From contig NIVC01000788.1 of NCBI GenBank assembly GCA_002269645.1, positions 1-64,000 of the forward strand: a stretch of DNA of 64,000 nt. Reading direction: 5' to 3'. The notes below the pieces were generated by a model that did no database searches, was not told where the DNA came from, and saw only the letters and a program-made list of their open reading frames with translations. A program made the position numbers and the translations under genes. This DNA is from Macrostomum lignano (lineage: Eukaryota). How positions within the stretch are numbered: the stretch's first letter is position 1; each line of letters opens with the position of its first letter. Shown one piece after another: positions 60,601 to 64,000 of this stretch.

Positions 60601-63000
60601 TTCAGAATTTCGCTTTTGTCACGGCTTTCTTTTAGAATAAGAAACTCTGCCTTGCAGTGCAGGCAGTGGAAGCGCCACGCCACGGATAAGGCAGTGCAGG
60701 CGCCACGCCACGGAAGAGGCAGTGGAAGCGCTACGCCACGGAAGAGGCAGTGGAAGCGCTACGCCACGGAAGAGGCAGTGGAAGCGCCACGCCACGCCAC
60801 GGAAGAGGCAGTGGAAGCGCCACGCCACGCCACGGAAGAGGCAGTGGAAGCGCTACGCCACGGAAGAGGCAGTGGAAGCGCCACGCCATGGAAGAGGCAG
60901 TGCAGGCGCCACGCCACGGAAGAGGCAGTGCAGGCGCCACGCCACGAAGAGGCAGTGGAAGCGCCACACCACGGAAGAGGCAGTGGGAGCGCTACGCCAC
61001 AGAAGAGGCAGTGGAAGCGCCACGCAACGGAAGAGGCAGTGGAAGCGCTACGCCACGGAAGAGGCAGTGGAGGCGCCACGGAAGAGGCAGTGGAAGCGCC
61101 ACGCCACGGAAGAGGCAGTGGAGGTGCCACAGAAGAGGCAGTGGAGGCGCCACAGAAGAGGCAGTGGAGGCGCCACAGAAGAGGCAGTGGAGGCGCCACG
61201 GAAGAGGCAGTGGAGGCGCCACAGAAGAGGCAGTGGAGGCGCCACAGAAGAGGCAGTAGAGGCGCCACAGAAGAGGCAGTGGAAGCGCCACGCAACGGAA
61301 GAGGCAGTGGAGGCGCCACGGAAGAGGCAGTGGAGGCGCCACGGAAGAGGCAGTGGAGGCGCCACGGAAGAGGCAGTGGAGGCGCCACAGAAAAGGCAGT
61401 GGAGGCGCAACGGAAGAGGCAGTGGAGGCGCCTCTGGTAGTGGAGTCGGTACAGGAGGTGCCACTGGAGCGATGGAAAATCTTGGGAAGCAGTCGGTACC
61501 CGAGTCGCAAGAAATGTACTTTAGGCACAAAAAAGCTGAGCTGAGTGCTTTTAACTGAGCCCGCTGAATTTGATGCCAGATCAGCAAACACAAGTCCTAC
61601 AACTAAAGCAAGCGGTAGACATCAAAGGCTGGTTAGAAACTTTATCTTGAACCGTCCAGTCTGCCGAAATACCAGTGTGCTATGATTTTATCCTTTACAG
61701 TGATCGCCACTGCGTTAGAACTAAGGAATATTCCAGTAAATTTAATGGCTGTCAACTGGCTAAACTAACAGGAATCTGCCGGGTTCACAGGAACTTTATC
61801 GAGGTCACAGGAATCTCACTGGGTTCAGAGGAATCTTATCAAGGTCACAGGAATCTCACTGGGTTCACAGGAATCTTATCAAGGTCACAGGAATCTCACT
61901 GGGTTCACAGGAATCTTATAAAGGGTCACAGGAATCTTATCAAGGTCACAGGAATCTTATTAAGGGTCACAGGAATCTCACTGGGTTCACAGGAATCTTA
62001 TCAAGGTCACAGGAATCTCACTGGGTTCACAGGAATCTTATAAAGGGTCACAGGAATCTTATCAAGGTCACAGGAATCTAGTCGTGTTCAAGGGAATTTC
62101 ATTGAGATCACAGGAAAATTGTACTCGTAGAATTCACAGGAACCTAGCAGAGGTCACAGGAGACCAAATTCATATCTTCGAGCTCACATGAAGCTCACCG
62201 AGATCAATGGGTTCTGTGTTCCTTGATTCACACGGGTCTCGACACGAAAACAAGCACCTGAAAGGTTCGCACAGATATAGACTAACATACACCATTTATA
62301 CTCAAGGTATAATAACTAACATCAGGTATCTCAGGCATAGACGACAGGTAACTGAGTACCAGCAGACTGTTAATGCTCAAAACAGAAGAAATAGCTACTC
62401 ATTGTGGGAGATGAGTAGCTATTTCTCATGTCATTGTGAAATTGTCATTGTGTCATTGTGGGAGACATCCCACAAGAAACAAAAGAAAGAAGTAGATTTC
62501 TAACGGAAGCTGAAAAGCTAAAAGTCTAAAAAGCAGCTCAATTCAGACCCTGTAGAGAAAAAGTGCTGGCTGTGGCGGGCCATTGTTTGTCAAGATAGTA
62601 TTGCAGCAGATTTTACCGCTTCAGGGACACAGAAGCAGAACCAGCAAATGGAGGGGGGGGGGCTTGCGAGTAAATTGCCCATTGTCCTCCGGAACAGTGG
62701 AAAATTGAAAGAATTGAAAACAACTTCCAAGCCGTATGAAAGCATTATAGACGATGAACAATAACAATGGAAAGTGATAAATGGATGATTGAAATGCAAT
62801 GAGGAGAGCGTGACTCACGAACTGAATGATAATGCGGATGGCAGCAGAGAAAACCGATCGCGTCTCGAGTGAGAAATAGTCTAAAGGTAGAGTAGAATTA
62901 TACTACTGACTCAGATATAATATAGTAGTATTAGTAGCTATGGCCCAGCTTAAAAATCTGGCATATGAGATAGTGGCAGATCTGTTGATAAATCTGGCAT
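56702..63000. repeat. Right arm of the inverted duplication
   Basis: Reverse complement of 42346-48560, with scattered substitutions, many 1-2-bp indels and different minisatellite copy numbers. Confidence 0.95.
57982..59576 (+). pseudogene. Second copy of the myosuppressin/dmsr-like GPCR with three frameshifting indels (pseudogene or consensus error)
   Basis: Exons 57982-58301 and 58691-59576. Relative to the left copy: -1 at ~58060 (CTGGAGGGGAC vs CTGGAGCGGGAC), -1 at ~59316 (GTCAGGACC vs GTCAGTGACC), +2 at ~59485 (AACGCGCCGCG vs AACGCCGCG). Confidence 0.8.
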
Positions 63001-64000
63001 ATGAGACAGTGGCAGATCTGTTTATAAACCTGGCATATGAGACTGGCAGATCTGTTGATAAATCTGGCACATGGGATAGTGGCAGACCTGTTTATAAACC
63101 TGGCATATGAGACAGTGGCAGATCTGATTATAAATCTGGCATATGAGATAGTGGCAGATCTGATTTTAAATTTGGCATACGAGATAGTGGCAGATCTGAT
63201 TTTAAACCTGGCATATGAGATAGTGGCAGATCTGTTTATAAATCTGGCATATGGGATAGTGGCAGATCTGATTTTAAATTTGGCATATGAGATAGTGGCA
63301 GATCTGATTTTAAACCTGGCATATGAGATAGTGGCAGATCTGTTTATAAATCTGGCATATGGGATAGTGGCAGATCTGTTTAAAAATCTGGCACATGAGA
63401 TAGTGGCAGATCTGTTTATAAATCTGGCCTATAAGATAGTGGCAGATCTGTTTATAAATCTGGCACATGAGATAGTGGCAGATCTGTTTATAAATCTGGC
63501 CTATAAGATAGTGGCAGATCTGTTTATAAATCTGGCATATGAGATAGTGGCAGATCTGTTTATAAATCTGGCACATGGGATAGTGACAGATCTGTTTATA
63601 AATCTGGCCTATAAGATAGTGGCAGATCTGTTTATAAATCTGGCCTATAAGATAGTGACAGATCTGTTTATAAATCTGGCATATGAGATAGTGGCAGATC
63701 TGTTTATAAATCTGGCATATGAGATAGTGGCAGATCTGTTTATAAATCTGGCACATGGGATAGTGACAGATCTGTTTATAAATCTGGCATATGAGATAGT
63801 GGCAGATCTGATTTTAAACCTGGCACATGGGATAGTGGCAGATCTGATTTTAAACCTGGCATATGGAATAGTGGCAGATCTGATTTTAAACCTGGCATAT
63901 GGAATAGTGGCAGATCTGATTTTAAACCTGGCATATGGAATAGTGGCAGATCTGATTTTAAACCTGGCATATGGAATAGTGGCAGATCTGATTTTAAACC
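62950..64000. repeat. 36-bp tandem array (about 29 copies, runs off the window end)
   Basis: Unit CTGGCATATGAGATAGTGGCAGATCTGTTTATAAAT; only ~2 units at the mirror position 42346-42417. Confidence 0.95.

Noticed and set aside
1-64000. Spliced-leader RNA, snRNA, rRNA or hammerhead ribozyme genes
   Set aside because: No recognisable conserved cores found by eye; an Infernal/Rfam scan would be needed to exclude them.

Overview
Repeat-rich animal genomic DNA with GT-AG introns, tRNA-derived SINEs, MITEs, many minisatellites and one 867-nt N gap. The gene set and style resemble a free-living flatworm, but that is inference only. All gene models were spliced by hand with intron phases checked: a TRIM-like RING/B-box gene; a two-exon calmodulin-like gene whose ~9.5-kb intron holds an antisense Na+/H+ exchanger gene and a universal stress protein gene; an intronless Q/P/G/W-repeat protein; an 11+-exon DUF4419-like gene with a 22-nt microexon; an RNF11-like RING-H2 gene; and a myosuppressin/dmsr-type peptide GPCR present twice in a ~6-kb inverted duplication (right copy frameshifted and abutting the gap). 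The most unusual signal is at 778-840. A decayed Ty3/gypsy element has, in place of an ~18-nt primer-binding site, a 63-nt copy of mature tRNA-Ser ending in CCA, with mismatches at positions 58, 34 and 32 where RT misreads m1A, inosine and m3C. It is joined almost directly to the protease region, with no gag. Family assignments come from motif recognition, not database searches.
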